Of a stretch of 24,234 nt of DNA, positions 1 to 7,353 are shown piece by piece (positions within the stretch are counted from its first letter, which is position 1; every line of letters starts with the position of its first letter). The notes beneath the pieces are model-generated. The model saw nothing but the letters and a program-made list of their open reading frames with translations, was not told the origin of the DNA and did not search any database. The DNA lies in IMG/VR virus record IMGVR_UViG_3300037419_001005, positions 1-24,234 of that record, one strand, 5' to 3'. The DNA comes from a virus. Taxonomy: Duplodnaviria; Caudoviricetes. The position numbers were made by a program, and so were the translations under genes.

Positions 1-503
1 GCGAGCGCGAAGGCCCACGGGCTGTAGAAGCCGCAGCGCTTGAAGTTCTCGCCGAGGATCTGGAAGCCGCCGTACGACGCCGAGGCGAAGCCCGCGTCGA
101 CGTTGAGCGCGACCATGTCCAGCAGCATCTCCCACCGCGCTGCCTGCGTCTTGGGATAGAGCGCCTTGTTCCACTTCAGCGACGAGATCGTCGGGTGCGA
201 CGCGTCATACTGATGACCGGTCGCGCGGCTGAACCGATGCGGCTCGGGCAGGATCGAGGGGCGACCGTCGACGAACGGATTGCCCGACGACTCGACCTCG
301 TGAATAACGCGAACTTTGACCGGATCGCAGCCAAGCTCGGTCGCGGCCGCTTGGAAGTCCGCCTCGGTGCAGAGCGTATCGGGGCCGTTACTCAGCGCCG
401 CCAGGGTAGCGAGGCGGGTCTTCGGTCCCCATTTACCGTCGATGTCAGACTGGCTGAGCGTGCCGCAGCGGACCAGTTCGATCTGAAGCTCGTAGACGTT
501 CAC
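1..503 (-). CDS. Endolysin, N-acetylmuramidase (DUF3380 family) with N-terminal peptidoglycan-binding-like segment; runs off the window edge
   Basis: Not in the ORF track; hand translation from GTG at 503 (GTGA overlap with holin stop) gives MNVYELQIELVRCGTLSQSDIDGKWGPKT...IHEVESSG...RPSILPEPHRF...ASASYGGFQILGENFKRCGF. DGxWGPxT is a PG-binding motif; EVES and SxGxFQIxGxN are DUF3380 motifs. Confidence 0.9.
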   Translation of the reverse strand, partial: MNVYELQIELVRCGTLSQSDIDGKWGPKTRLATLAALSNGPDTLCTEADFQAAATELGCDPVKVRVIHEVESSGNPFVDGRPSILPEPHRFSRATGHQYDASHPTISSLKWNKALYPKTQAARWEMLLDMVALNVDAGFASASYGGFQILGENFKRCGFYSPWAFAL

Positions 504-859
504 TGGCCGCTCCCGTCGATGTCGAGGCTGGTGCCGAGCGGCCCGGTTCCCTTGACCTTTGCGCCGGCGATCTTGGCGAAGACCAGCGCGAGCAGCGCGA
601 GGGTGCCAAACAGGGCAACGCCGATGATGCTCAACTGCTTGTCCCGCAGCGAGATCGGCCAGCCGCCCTGCCACACGATGTAGACCAGCACGCCGGCACA
701 GACGGTGAGCACGGGACCGGCACCGAACAGCACCCACATGCGCAGCGGAGCCGCGCGCAGCGCGACGCGCCACAGCCGCGGCAGGCTATAGGTGCGGGCG
801 AGCACCGCTATTGCTGCCACCGCGCAGATGATCGCAATGATGGCAAGCAAAAGAATCAC
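500..859 (-). CDS. Probable holin (three hydrophobic segments)
   Basis: 119 aa with three TM-like stretches, GGAG upstream of GTG, stop overlaps the endolysin start. Confidence 0.65.
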   Translation of the reverse strand: MILLLAIIAIICAVAAIAVLARTYSLPRLWRVALRAAPLRMWVLFGAGPVLTVCAGVLVYIVWQGGWPISLRDKQLSIIGVALFGTLALLALVFAKIAGAKVKGTGPLGTSLDIDGSGQ

Positions 860-874
860 TGTAGCAGTGCTCCA

Positions 875-889
875 TCACTAAACGGTTGA
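875..889. promoter_or_regulatory. Palindromic box TCACT-AAACG-GTTGA upstream of the lysis genes
   Basis: Core 13-mer CACTAAACGGTTG (876-888) is the exact reverse complement of 22175-22187; it abuts the holin RBS. Confidence 0.65.
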
Positions 890-926
890 AATTGATAACA
901 GAGATTTGACGGCCTGAGAAGCCTGC

Positions 927-2441
927 TTAGGTTCCGCGTACTGCGATAGCGAATATGTGAATCTCGTAACCGCCTATAGAACCGAACGTGAATGTCGGGC
1001 CGTGCATTCCCTCGCTTGTGAGATCGGCGACCCAAAGCGCACCTGATCCTGTCCCGCTGCCTGTATCCCTAAATTCTTGCAGCTTCGTGCCTATGTCGGA
1101 CGTGTTCGCGGAGTTGCCACGGCAAGACAAGAAGATGAGCAGTTTCGTGTTTGCTTCGACGCGGCCGATCGCCCATGCCTTGCCGTTATGGAGCGATGCC
1201 AAGGAATTGGCGACGACTTTGAACAGAGAAAAGTTGATCCCACTAGCGGCTCCGACTAGGCAGACGCCCGCCATGATCCTCGTCCATCCACCTGACCAAT
1301 TGATCGTGACGCTACCGGCGGTGATGTCAGCCGCCGTCAGTCTTTTGTAAATCGTAAACCCGTTCCAGCCGGAGTTTGACGGAGAATAACCGACGATCGA
1401 CCAGCCAGCTGGAATAGTCGGGGCGTCTCCGCCTGAACCCAAAATATAGAAATCGTCTCCGGCGACAGCACCAGATAGACTGACGGTAGAACCGCCGCCG
1501 ACAATGTTGGTAAAGCGAATGCTCGGCAGCGTCAGTGAACCGGATGAGCTTCCAGCGAGCGCCTGCCCGTTGGCCTTCTGATAACCAACGCACACCCAAT
1601 TCCCCGAGCCGAGCGAGCGGAATCGCGCCGTATCTCCGGCCGCCGTCGTGATGTTTGCCGAGGTCGGCAGGATCAGCGATGTCGCGTTGTGCGTCAGCGT
1701 CAGCGCTCCAGTGAAGCGCAGCGTCCGCTCGACGCCAGCTGCAGCCGTACCGAAGCTCGTGATCGTCGTGGTTCCGGTGATGTTGACGAAATCGCCCGTG
1801 GCCGCAGACAGGTCTGTCGTCGCAGCCGAGGCGATGTCTGCGCCTTTGATCGAGATGTTGTCCTTGGCAGCCACTTTGCTCGATACGTCAGACAGGTTGT
1901 TCGCAGGCTGCAAGCCAGTGCCGGTCGGTCGCACGAAGGTTAGCGCCGTCGTCCCAATCGTCACGGGGCCGTCAGTTGTGCAGACAAACTCGGTGTCGGC
2001 GTTGGTGCTCCCTTCTGTGACCTTGACGGCGGCTCCAGGCAATTCGGTGCCTTGATCCGAGTCTGACGCTCGGGTGAGAATGTAGGGGTTCGACGCGTCG
2101 CCGACCTGCGTCACCACGTAGACGCCGTTGTGCGAGGAGGTCGCCTCGTCTTTGACCAGGAGGCGTTCGCCACTGCCCAAGGTCACGCCGTCCTGCGCGG
2201 CGAGCGCGCCGTTCGCGTTGCCCGTCAGAGTGGCGCCGACGCCGCTCGTCCCATTTGCATAAGTGTTCGCTGGCAATGCTGCGGTCGTGGCAGTGCGAAC
2301 AGGCTGCTTCCACGAGCTAACGCCCGTCACGAAGCCATAGAGTTCCGTGAAGTTGTCGTTGATCTTCTGGCCGCCGTCACGCAGCGTGTCGCCGGTGCCG
2401 TCATTCGGAGTCGATCCGAGGTTGACAATCTGCTGTGCCAT
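927..2441 (-). CDS. Tail fibre / receptor-binding protein, modular
   Basis: N-terminus INLGSTPNDGTGDTLRDGGQKINDNFTELY-like (T4 gp9/gp10-type motif), DGVTLxxGERLLVK...NGVY fibre domain, NNLSDV motif, G/S/T-rich beta domains; last tail gene before lysis. Confidence 0.85.
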   Translation of the reverse strand: MAQQIVNLGSTPNDGTGDTLRDGGQKINDNFTELYGFVTGVSSWKQPVRTATTAALPANTYANGTSGVGATLTGNANGALAAQDGVTLGSGERLLVKDEATSSHNGVYVVTQVGDASNPYILTRASDSDQGTELPGAAVKVTEGSTNADTEFVCTTDGPVTIGTTALTFVRPTGTGLQPANNLSDVSSKVAAKDNISIKGADIASAATTDLSAATGDFVNITGTTTITSFGTAAAGVERTLRFTGALTLTHNATSLILPTSANITTAAGDTARFRSLGSGNWVCVGYQKANGQALAGSSSGSLTLPSIRFTNIVGGGSTVSLSGAVAGDDFYILGSGGDAPTIPAGWSIVGYSPSNSGWNGFTIYKRLTAADITAGSVTINWSGGWTRIMAGVCLVGAASGINFSLFKVVANSLASLHNGKAWAIGRVEANTKLLIFLSCRGNSANTSDIGTKLQEFRDTGSGTGSGALWVADLTSEGMHGPTFTFGSIGGYEIHIFAIAVRGT

Positions 2442-5177
2442 TTAGTCATCATCCCAGGTTGGTGTGAGGTCGTTGTCGAAGGTGATGATCGTCTCATCGA
2501 AGGTCGTGTCCTTGACGCGGACGTAGAGGCGATGCGCCTGCATCGATTCAAAGGTGCCATCGGAATCGACGCGCTTCGCGCCGACCTCGACGATGACGAT
2601 GTCCTCGGTGCCGAATGAAGCATCGGGAATGTCGAAGGACGTGCCGGCAAGATCATCATGCGTCGCCAGCACCGTCGCGCCGTCACGGCTCAGCACGCGG
2701 ATCTTCGTCACCTGACCCGTCTCCGGCGTCATGGTGGCATCGGTCCACCAGACCAATTGACTGTCTTCGAGCAGTCTGTTGCGGTTCGCCCAGGTAACCG
2801 TCACCCATGGATCGGCGCGATCGCTCATGTCGACCGGATCAGCGAGCGTGTTGAAGCTCACACCGTCGATCTGCACGTTTGCAGGGCGGTTCGGCAGATA
2901 CGGACGATCGAATAACGTGCCGGTAAGCGTCGGTGCCGAGGCGGAATCGAGAACGTCGAGCGACGTGCGCATCAGCAGCTTGTAGGTAACGCCTTCACCG
3001 TCAGACCGAATGGTGTTGTCGCTGATCCTGGAGGAAGTCGAGACGAACCAGATCACCGTGCCTGCCGGCCAATCCTTCGGGGTTGTATCGAGCAGACCGC
3101 GCTTCAACACCGGATCGGTGCCGCTCAGCGTAATCAACCCCACTTCCATGTCCGTTTCATCGGTCGCATCGCCGCCGATGAAGACGAACACGTTCTGGTC
3201 CGGAGCAACGTTACCGACGAGACCGGAATAGGTGACTCCGAGGCTTTCTGCTTCGGCTACCAATGGATCCGTCAACGTCGCGTGACCGAGGATCGTGTTG
3301 GTGCTCAGCACCGTGTCGACCGTCGTTCCATCCGGCTGAACGACCGAGCCGAGCACATCGTAATTGACCGCGTCCGAATTGTCCGTCGACGCGAGGATGC
3401 CGGCGGCGACCTCCGGATATGCAGCATCGGCCGCTGCGCCCAGGCGTGCGGCAAAGAACGCCGGAATGGTGATGACCCGGCTATAGTCCATGGCGTCTGC
3501 TGCCTGACCGCCGCTGTTCCAGCCTGACGACGGCGGCTCCGAATAGTTCGCAGAACTGAAGGAGAAGATGTCTTCGAGCAGCGACGCACGGATGGTCGGT
3601 TGACCAGGCTTGCCATAATCGACCGGTCCGACCCGCATCACCACGCTGCTCAGGCCATGCTCGGCCCATGTCACCTTGACGACCTCACCTGGCAGCAAGT
3701 CCCACGCGCTGCGGTCGAGTTCGGCTTCCAGGGATGCGATCGGTGCCGCCGACATGCGGAGGTCGCGGGATGCGAGGATCATCGCCAGCGCAGAAGTCCT
3801 GACGCCGTAATAGTTGCGACCGCTCGGGATGATCGTTCCCTGCGTCGCGATGCCGGCGAGATCCTGCGCGGTGACGGTTTCTTCCTGCTCGTTCTCGGGA
3901 TTCGTCCAGGTGACCGTGACTTCGTTGGCGATCTCGCCCCATGCCTTGCGCTGGAAGTTCGACAGCTTTGCGTTGTCGATCGTGATCTCGCGCAGCGTGG
4001 CGACATCATAATCGTCGCGCATCAGCTTGATCGTGATGAGGCCGGTCCGCGGGTTGACGAACAAGGTCGCCTGGATGTGGTCGAGGATTTCGGTGACGAA
4101 CGCTTCGATCGTCGTCTGCCGCGTCCAGATCATCGACAGGCCAAGCCGCTCGTCGTAGAGGGTGATGCCAGCTGCCTCGAATGCGTCTGTGTCGATGATC
4201 GTCGACGGAGCGCCCATGCCCCAATCGGTGTTCGTCAGGCACTCGTAGATCATGTGCGCGGGATTGGCGTCGGGCGCGTTATAGTTCGTCTTGTCGATGT
4301 AGAGGGAGACTCCGCCGCTGTTGTCGGAGACGAAGTCGTCCCAGATGTAGAAGGTGTATGTTGAAGCTCCGCTCAGCGTTACGCCGGGGAATGCCGCCCT
4401 AGCCTCTTCTGCGGTGTTGTACGGACCGCTGACCCATTCGTAGAAGCGGCTTGGGTCGCTATCCATGATGACGCGGAAGCCAGTCGAATAGAAACCGAAA
4501 TAACGATCATTGAAGCTAGCGGTGTAGGTTTGCCCGAGCGGCATCGAGATCGTGAGAACATCGACAGGGCTGAGTCCGGAAATCGTGATGCCCTTGGTGC
4601 TCAGCGCCTCGCTTTCGATCTTCGTCGCGTTCGTGATCGCGTTGAGATTGACCGTCGTCAGGTAGCCGCTGGTTGAGGAGCCAGTCGAGCCGATGCGCGG
4701 GATCAGCGCATAAGCTGGATTGAGTCCCCGCGGCGCGCGACGGAATGCTGCCCAGACGGTGCGCAGATACGGGTTGTTCGCAGTCCAGTAGAAACCTCGC
4801 CCTTTGATCAGACCCTTTGAGCCGCCAGAGAAATCCGGACCGGTGAAAAACAACGAGGTCAGCCCTCGGAAGCCGGGGCAGTTTGCGCCAGTTCCGCGAC
4901 CGAGCTTGGCCGCGAGGAAATCGGACAGCGTCTGCGTTATGCCGCCAGGAAGAAAATGAACATTGCCAGCGACGCCGCCTTCCTTCTTGGGGCCGCCGAA
5001 GAGGTCGCGCTTGCTGACGGTGATGATGCTTTGGGTGGTAACTTCACCTTCCCAGGCGACTTTCTCTCCGATCTGCAGGCCAACGTACGCATCAATGGGA
5101 CCCGAGCAGAATCCCATGTGCATCGCCATGTAGTATTCATTGACTTCCTGCTCTCCGCCAGATTTACCGCCGCCCAT
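2442..5177 (-). CDS. Central tail tip / host-specificity protein (Phage-tail_3-like)
   Basis: 911 aa; MGGGK start, PGFRG, NNPYL, DANPAHMIYECLTNTDWGMG motifs typical of this tip family; position in tail module. Confidence 0.88.
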   Translation of the reverse strand: MGGGKSGGEQEVNEYYMAMHMGFCSGPIDAYVGLQIGEKVAWEGEVTTQSIITVSKRDLFGGPKKEGGVAGNVHFLPGGITQTLSDFLAAKLGRGTGANCPGFRGLTSLFFTGPDFSGGSKGLIKGRGFYWTANNPYLRTVWAAFRRAPRGLNPAYALIPRIGSTGSSTSGYLTTVNLNAITNATKIESEALSTKGITISGLSPVDVLTISMPLGQTYTASFNDRYFGFYSTGFRVIMDSDPSRFYEWVSGPYNTAEEARAAFPGVTLSGASTYTFYIWDDFVSDNSGGVSLYIDKTNYNAPDANPAHMIYECLTNTDWGMGAPSTIIDTDAFEAAGITLYDERLGLSMIWTRQTTIEAFVTEILDHIQATLFVNPRTGLITIKLMRDDYDVATLREITIDNAKLSNFQRKAWGEIANEVTVTWTNPENEQEETVTAQDLAGIATQGTIIPSGRNYYGVRTSALAMILASRDLRMSAAPIASLEAELDRSAWDLLPGEVVKVTWAEHGLSSVVMRVGPVDYGKPGQPTIRASLLEDIFSFSSANYSEPPSSGWNSGGQAADAMDYSRVITIPAFFAARLGAAADAAYPEVAAGILASTDNSDAVNYDVLGSVVQPDGTTVDTVLSTNTILGHATLTDPLVAEAESLGVTYSGLVGNVAPDQNVFVFIGGDATDETDMEVGLITLSGTDPVLKRGLLDTTPKDWPAGTVIWFVSTSSRISDNTIRSDGEGVTYKLLMRTSLDVLDSASAPTLTGTLFDRPYLPNRPANVQIDGVSFNTLADPVDMSDRADPWVTVTWANRNRLLEDSQLVWWTDATMTPETGQVTKIRVLSRDGATVLATHDDLAGTSFDIPDASFGTEDIVIVEVGAKRVDSDGTFESMQAHRLYVRVKDTTFDETIITFDNDLTPTWDDD

Positions 5178-5583
5178 TGCGGTTCCTTTCGAGTGCGTGA
5201 CGGACGATCAGGCGCGCTTCGGCGTCGCCCGTGGCAAGCAGCTGCGCCGCAGGCACACCGTTCTTGATGAAGTCGCGGAAATCGAATCCGTTGAGGCGCG
5301 CCCATTCGCGCGAGCCGTCGAGACATTTGCCAGCGGCCTGCACGTCTTCAGCGGTGATTGTCAGCCCGTTGATTTCTGCAGGGTCGACATCGAGCAGTTC
5401 GCGCTGAACCTTACGCTCGATGATCTGCTGAACCAGCGCATCGTCCTGCGGCAGGTCATCGCTGTCGACGCCGTTCTTGAGGAAGTCGCGGAAGTCGAGA
5501 TGAGGATGAGACCTCGCCCAGGCGCGCACTCCGCTGACGCAATGGCCTGCCTGCCGAGCATCGTCGATCGTGATGCGCATCAC
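5164..5583 (-). CDS. Small tail-tip assembly protein with internal tandem duplication
   Basis: Two copies of ITxxDxxxAGxCxxGxRxW...DFRDFxKNGV; overlaps both neighbouring genes. Confidence 0.75.
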   Translation of the reverse strand: MMRITIDDARQAGHCVSGVRAWARSHPHLDFRDFLKNGVDSDDLPQDDALVQQIIERKVQRELLDVDPAEINGLTITAEDVQAAGKCLDGSREWARLNGFDFRDFIKNGVPAAQLLATGDAEARLIVRHALERNRNGRR

Positions 5584-5822
5584 TTACCGCCGCTGTCGGT
5601 CTTGACCGTGTAGGTCTTGATCGACTTCTCGCCGAACCACAGCACGTTGCCGCCCTTGACCAGCACGGTCCCAAAGATGACCGGAATCGGGCGCCCCGCT
5701 TCGGCTGTCGGATCCTCCAAGTCCTTCGCCGCCTCGGGCCTCGGAGGCTTCGGCTTGGGCATGATCACGTAAGCGATGATCATCATCGCAATCGCGATCG
5801 CCAGCTGAACGAAGAATGCCAT
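5580..5822 (-). CDS. Small tail-tip assembly protein
   Basis: Likely start ATG at 5822 (MAFFVQLAIAIAMMIIAYVIMPKPK...PTAEAGRPIPVIFGT...NVLWFG); PIPVxFGT motif is typical of siphophage tip proteins. Confidence 0.8.
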   Translation of the reverse strand: MAFFVQLAIAIAMMIIAYVIMPKPKPPRPEAAKDLEDPTAEAGRPIPVIFGTVLVKGGNVLWFGEKSIKTYTVKTDSGGK

Positions 5823-5836
5823 TTGTAGGTGAGATA

Positions 5837-5890
5837 ACACCAAGGGGTTGAAATTGGAAGCAGCCCGTGGCACGTTCAACCGATGATTGA
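5837..5890. promoter_or_regulatory. Divergent control region with two palindromic boxes and a candidate plus-strand promoter
   Basis: ACACC-AAGGG-GTTGA (5837-5851) and TCAAC-CGATG-ATTGA (5876-5890); TTGAAA(5848-5853)-N17-CACGTT(5871-5876). Confidence 0.55.
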
Positions 5891-6416
5891 ATTCATGGTG
5901 ATTGGGCTGCCGCGGAGCGGGACTACATGGGCCGCCAACTGGCTGACGACCGACCGGACGTTCTGCGTCCACGACCCTCTCTGGACGACGCACTATTCCA
6001 GGCTGGATCAGGTCGTGCCGCTTCGCGCTGGCGAACGTGTCGCAGGTATCAGCTGCAGCGGCTCATGGATGTGGCTCGATTGGCTCAACAATCATCCGGC
6101 GCGGAAGCTCATCCTGCATCGTCCCCTCGGGGAAATTCGTGAATCGCTGCAGCGCTGCGGTGTCCCCGAGGCGGCGCCGGACGACGAAGCGCCGGGACTT
6201 CTCGACCGCGTCCACGGGCGGCACTATCACTGGCGCTGCTTGTTCGATCCCTTCGATGCGACGAACATCTGGCAATATCTTACCGGCCTGCCGTTCGATG
6301 CTGAGCGACACACTGAATTGGTGCAGATCGCCGTCCAGCCACGGTTCGATGCGTTGCGGAAGGATAACGCGGTCCAGCAGCGGCTCGCACGTGAGTTAAA
6401 TTCAACTTTGGGTTGA
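5883..6416 (+). CDS. Sulfotransferase-like P-loop protein
   Basis: FMVIGLPRSGTTW matches the PAPS 5'-phosphosulfate-binding loop; CVHDP; LILHRPLGEIRES resembles the 3'-phosphate-binding motif. Confidence 0.72.
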   Translation: MIEFMVIGLPRSGTTWAANWLTTDRTFCVHDPLWTTHYSRLDQVVPLRAGERVAGISCSGSWMWLDWLNNHPARKLILHRPLGEIRESLQRCGVPEAAPDDEAPGLLDRVHGRHYHWRCLFDPFDATNIWQYLTGLPFDAERHTELVQIAVQPRFDALRKDNAVQQRLARELNSTLG

Positions 6417-6441
6417 CTGTGTAGGTTGAAAGATGTAGGGG
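6402..6441 (+). promoter_or_regulatory. Palindromic box TCAAC-TTTGG-GTTGA overlapping a candidate promoter
   Basis: Box 6402-6416 has perfect 5-bp arms; TTGACT(6413-6418)-N17-TAGGGG(6436-6441), with a weak -10. Confidence 0.5.
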
Positions 6442-6468
6442 ATTTGGGAATTACGCAGGGAAGGATCG

Positions 6469-6690
6469 ATGAAACCATCATTGCTGGAGCTTGCCGAGCA
6501 GCTGAGCGAGCACGAACGCGCGCTGCTTCTTGGCGAATGCGACGGTTGGGGATCGTGGATGTTCGAGGCTGGCGGGCATCTATGCTCGCTCGGGCTAGGC
6601 ACCAAGCGCCACGGCAGCATCACGTTCGATACGCCGCTGGCAAAGGAGCTGATCGCTTCTCTCCGCGCATCCAACAAGGAGCAGGAATGA
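6469..6690 (+). CDS. Hypothetical 73-aa protein, possibly winged-helix-like
   Basis: GGAAGGA RBS; stop overlaps next ATG (ATGA); LSExER...LxxLGL...TPLA pattern. Confidence 0.6.
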   Translation: MKPSLLELAEQLSEHERALLLGECDGWGSWMFEAGGHLCSLGLGTKRHGSITFDTPLAKELIASLRASNKEQE

Positions 6691-7049
6691 TGGACCGTTA
6701 CGGGGAGGCCGTCTGGGCAGCCGTTGGGAGCAACGGCCGTATGACAACGCAGGCCATTAAGAACGAACTCGGCATCGGCTACAACGAAGCCGCTAGATTC
6801 ACGGAGCGGATGATTGCTGACGGCATAATCAGCGAGTGTGACAACTTAGGCTGCCGGAAGATTCTAAAAGAGTTTTGCGGATGCTGCGAACCATGCGGAG
6901 CGCCACTATTTGGCGACGATGAGTTCGCGACTGACGACAACGGCTGCACCGCCTGCTTGCCCGCGTTCAGCGACACGCTGCCAGATAGCCGCCCCTGTTA
7001 TGCCTACCGCGTCGGCGGCCTGAGCGCCGCAAGCGAGACGCCCAAGTGA
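6687..7049 (+). CDS. Stand-alone FtsK-gamma-like winged-helix domain fused to a Cys-rich Zn-ribbon
   Basis: Start ATG 6687 with AAGGAG RBS; DRYGEAV...IKNELGIGYNEAARFTERMIADGIIS...GCRKIL matches the FtsK gamma pattern (IGYNRAARLIExMExxGIVS...REVL); then CEPC...CTAC. Confidence 0.78.
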   Translation: MMDRYGEAVWAAVGSNGRMTTQAIKNELGIGYNEAARFTERMIADGIISECDNLGCRKILKEFCGCCEPCGAPLFGDDEFATDDNGCTACLPAFSDTLPDSRPCYAYRVGGLSAASETPK

Positions 7050-7065
7050 CCCACCCAAGGCGATT

Positions 7066-7353
7066 GTGACCGATGAAATGGTCGAGGCAGGGCGCAAGGC
7101 CGCGAAGTCGCATAGTCTGTCGAAAATCAACGAGTGGCTAGAGGCAATCTACACCGCCATGCACGCAGCATCCCCTAACCCCGAAGCCAGCGAGATTATG
7201 CGGGAGGCGCTGGAACGCATTCAGCAAGAGGATACGCGAACCGAACGAACGCCGCATCTATCTTATGCCAACGACCGCGAGTTGTGGACTGAACGCAAGG
7301 TCGAAGGCCGTTGTGCGAAGATAGCTCGCGAAGCTCTGTCCTTAATCCGCTAG
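7066..7353 (+). CDS. Hypothetical phage protein
   Basis: TDEMVEAG...AIYTAMHAASP is a motif common in small accessory phage proteins; stop shares CTAG with the convergent gene. Confidence 0.6.
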   Translation: MTDEMVEAGRKAAKSHSLSKINEWLEAIYTAMHAASPNPEASEIMREALERIQQEDTRTERTPHLSYANDRELWTERKVEGRCAKIAREALSLIR

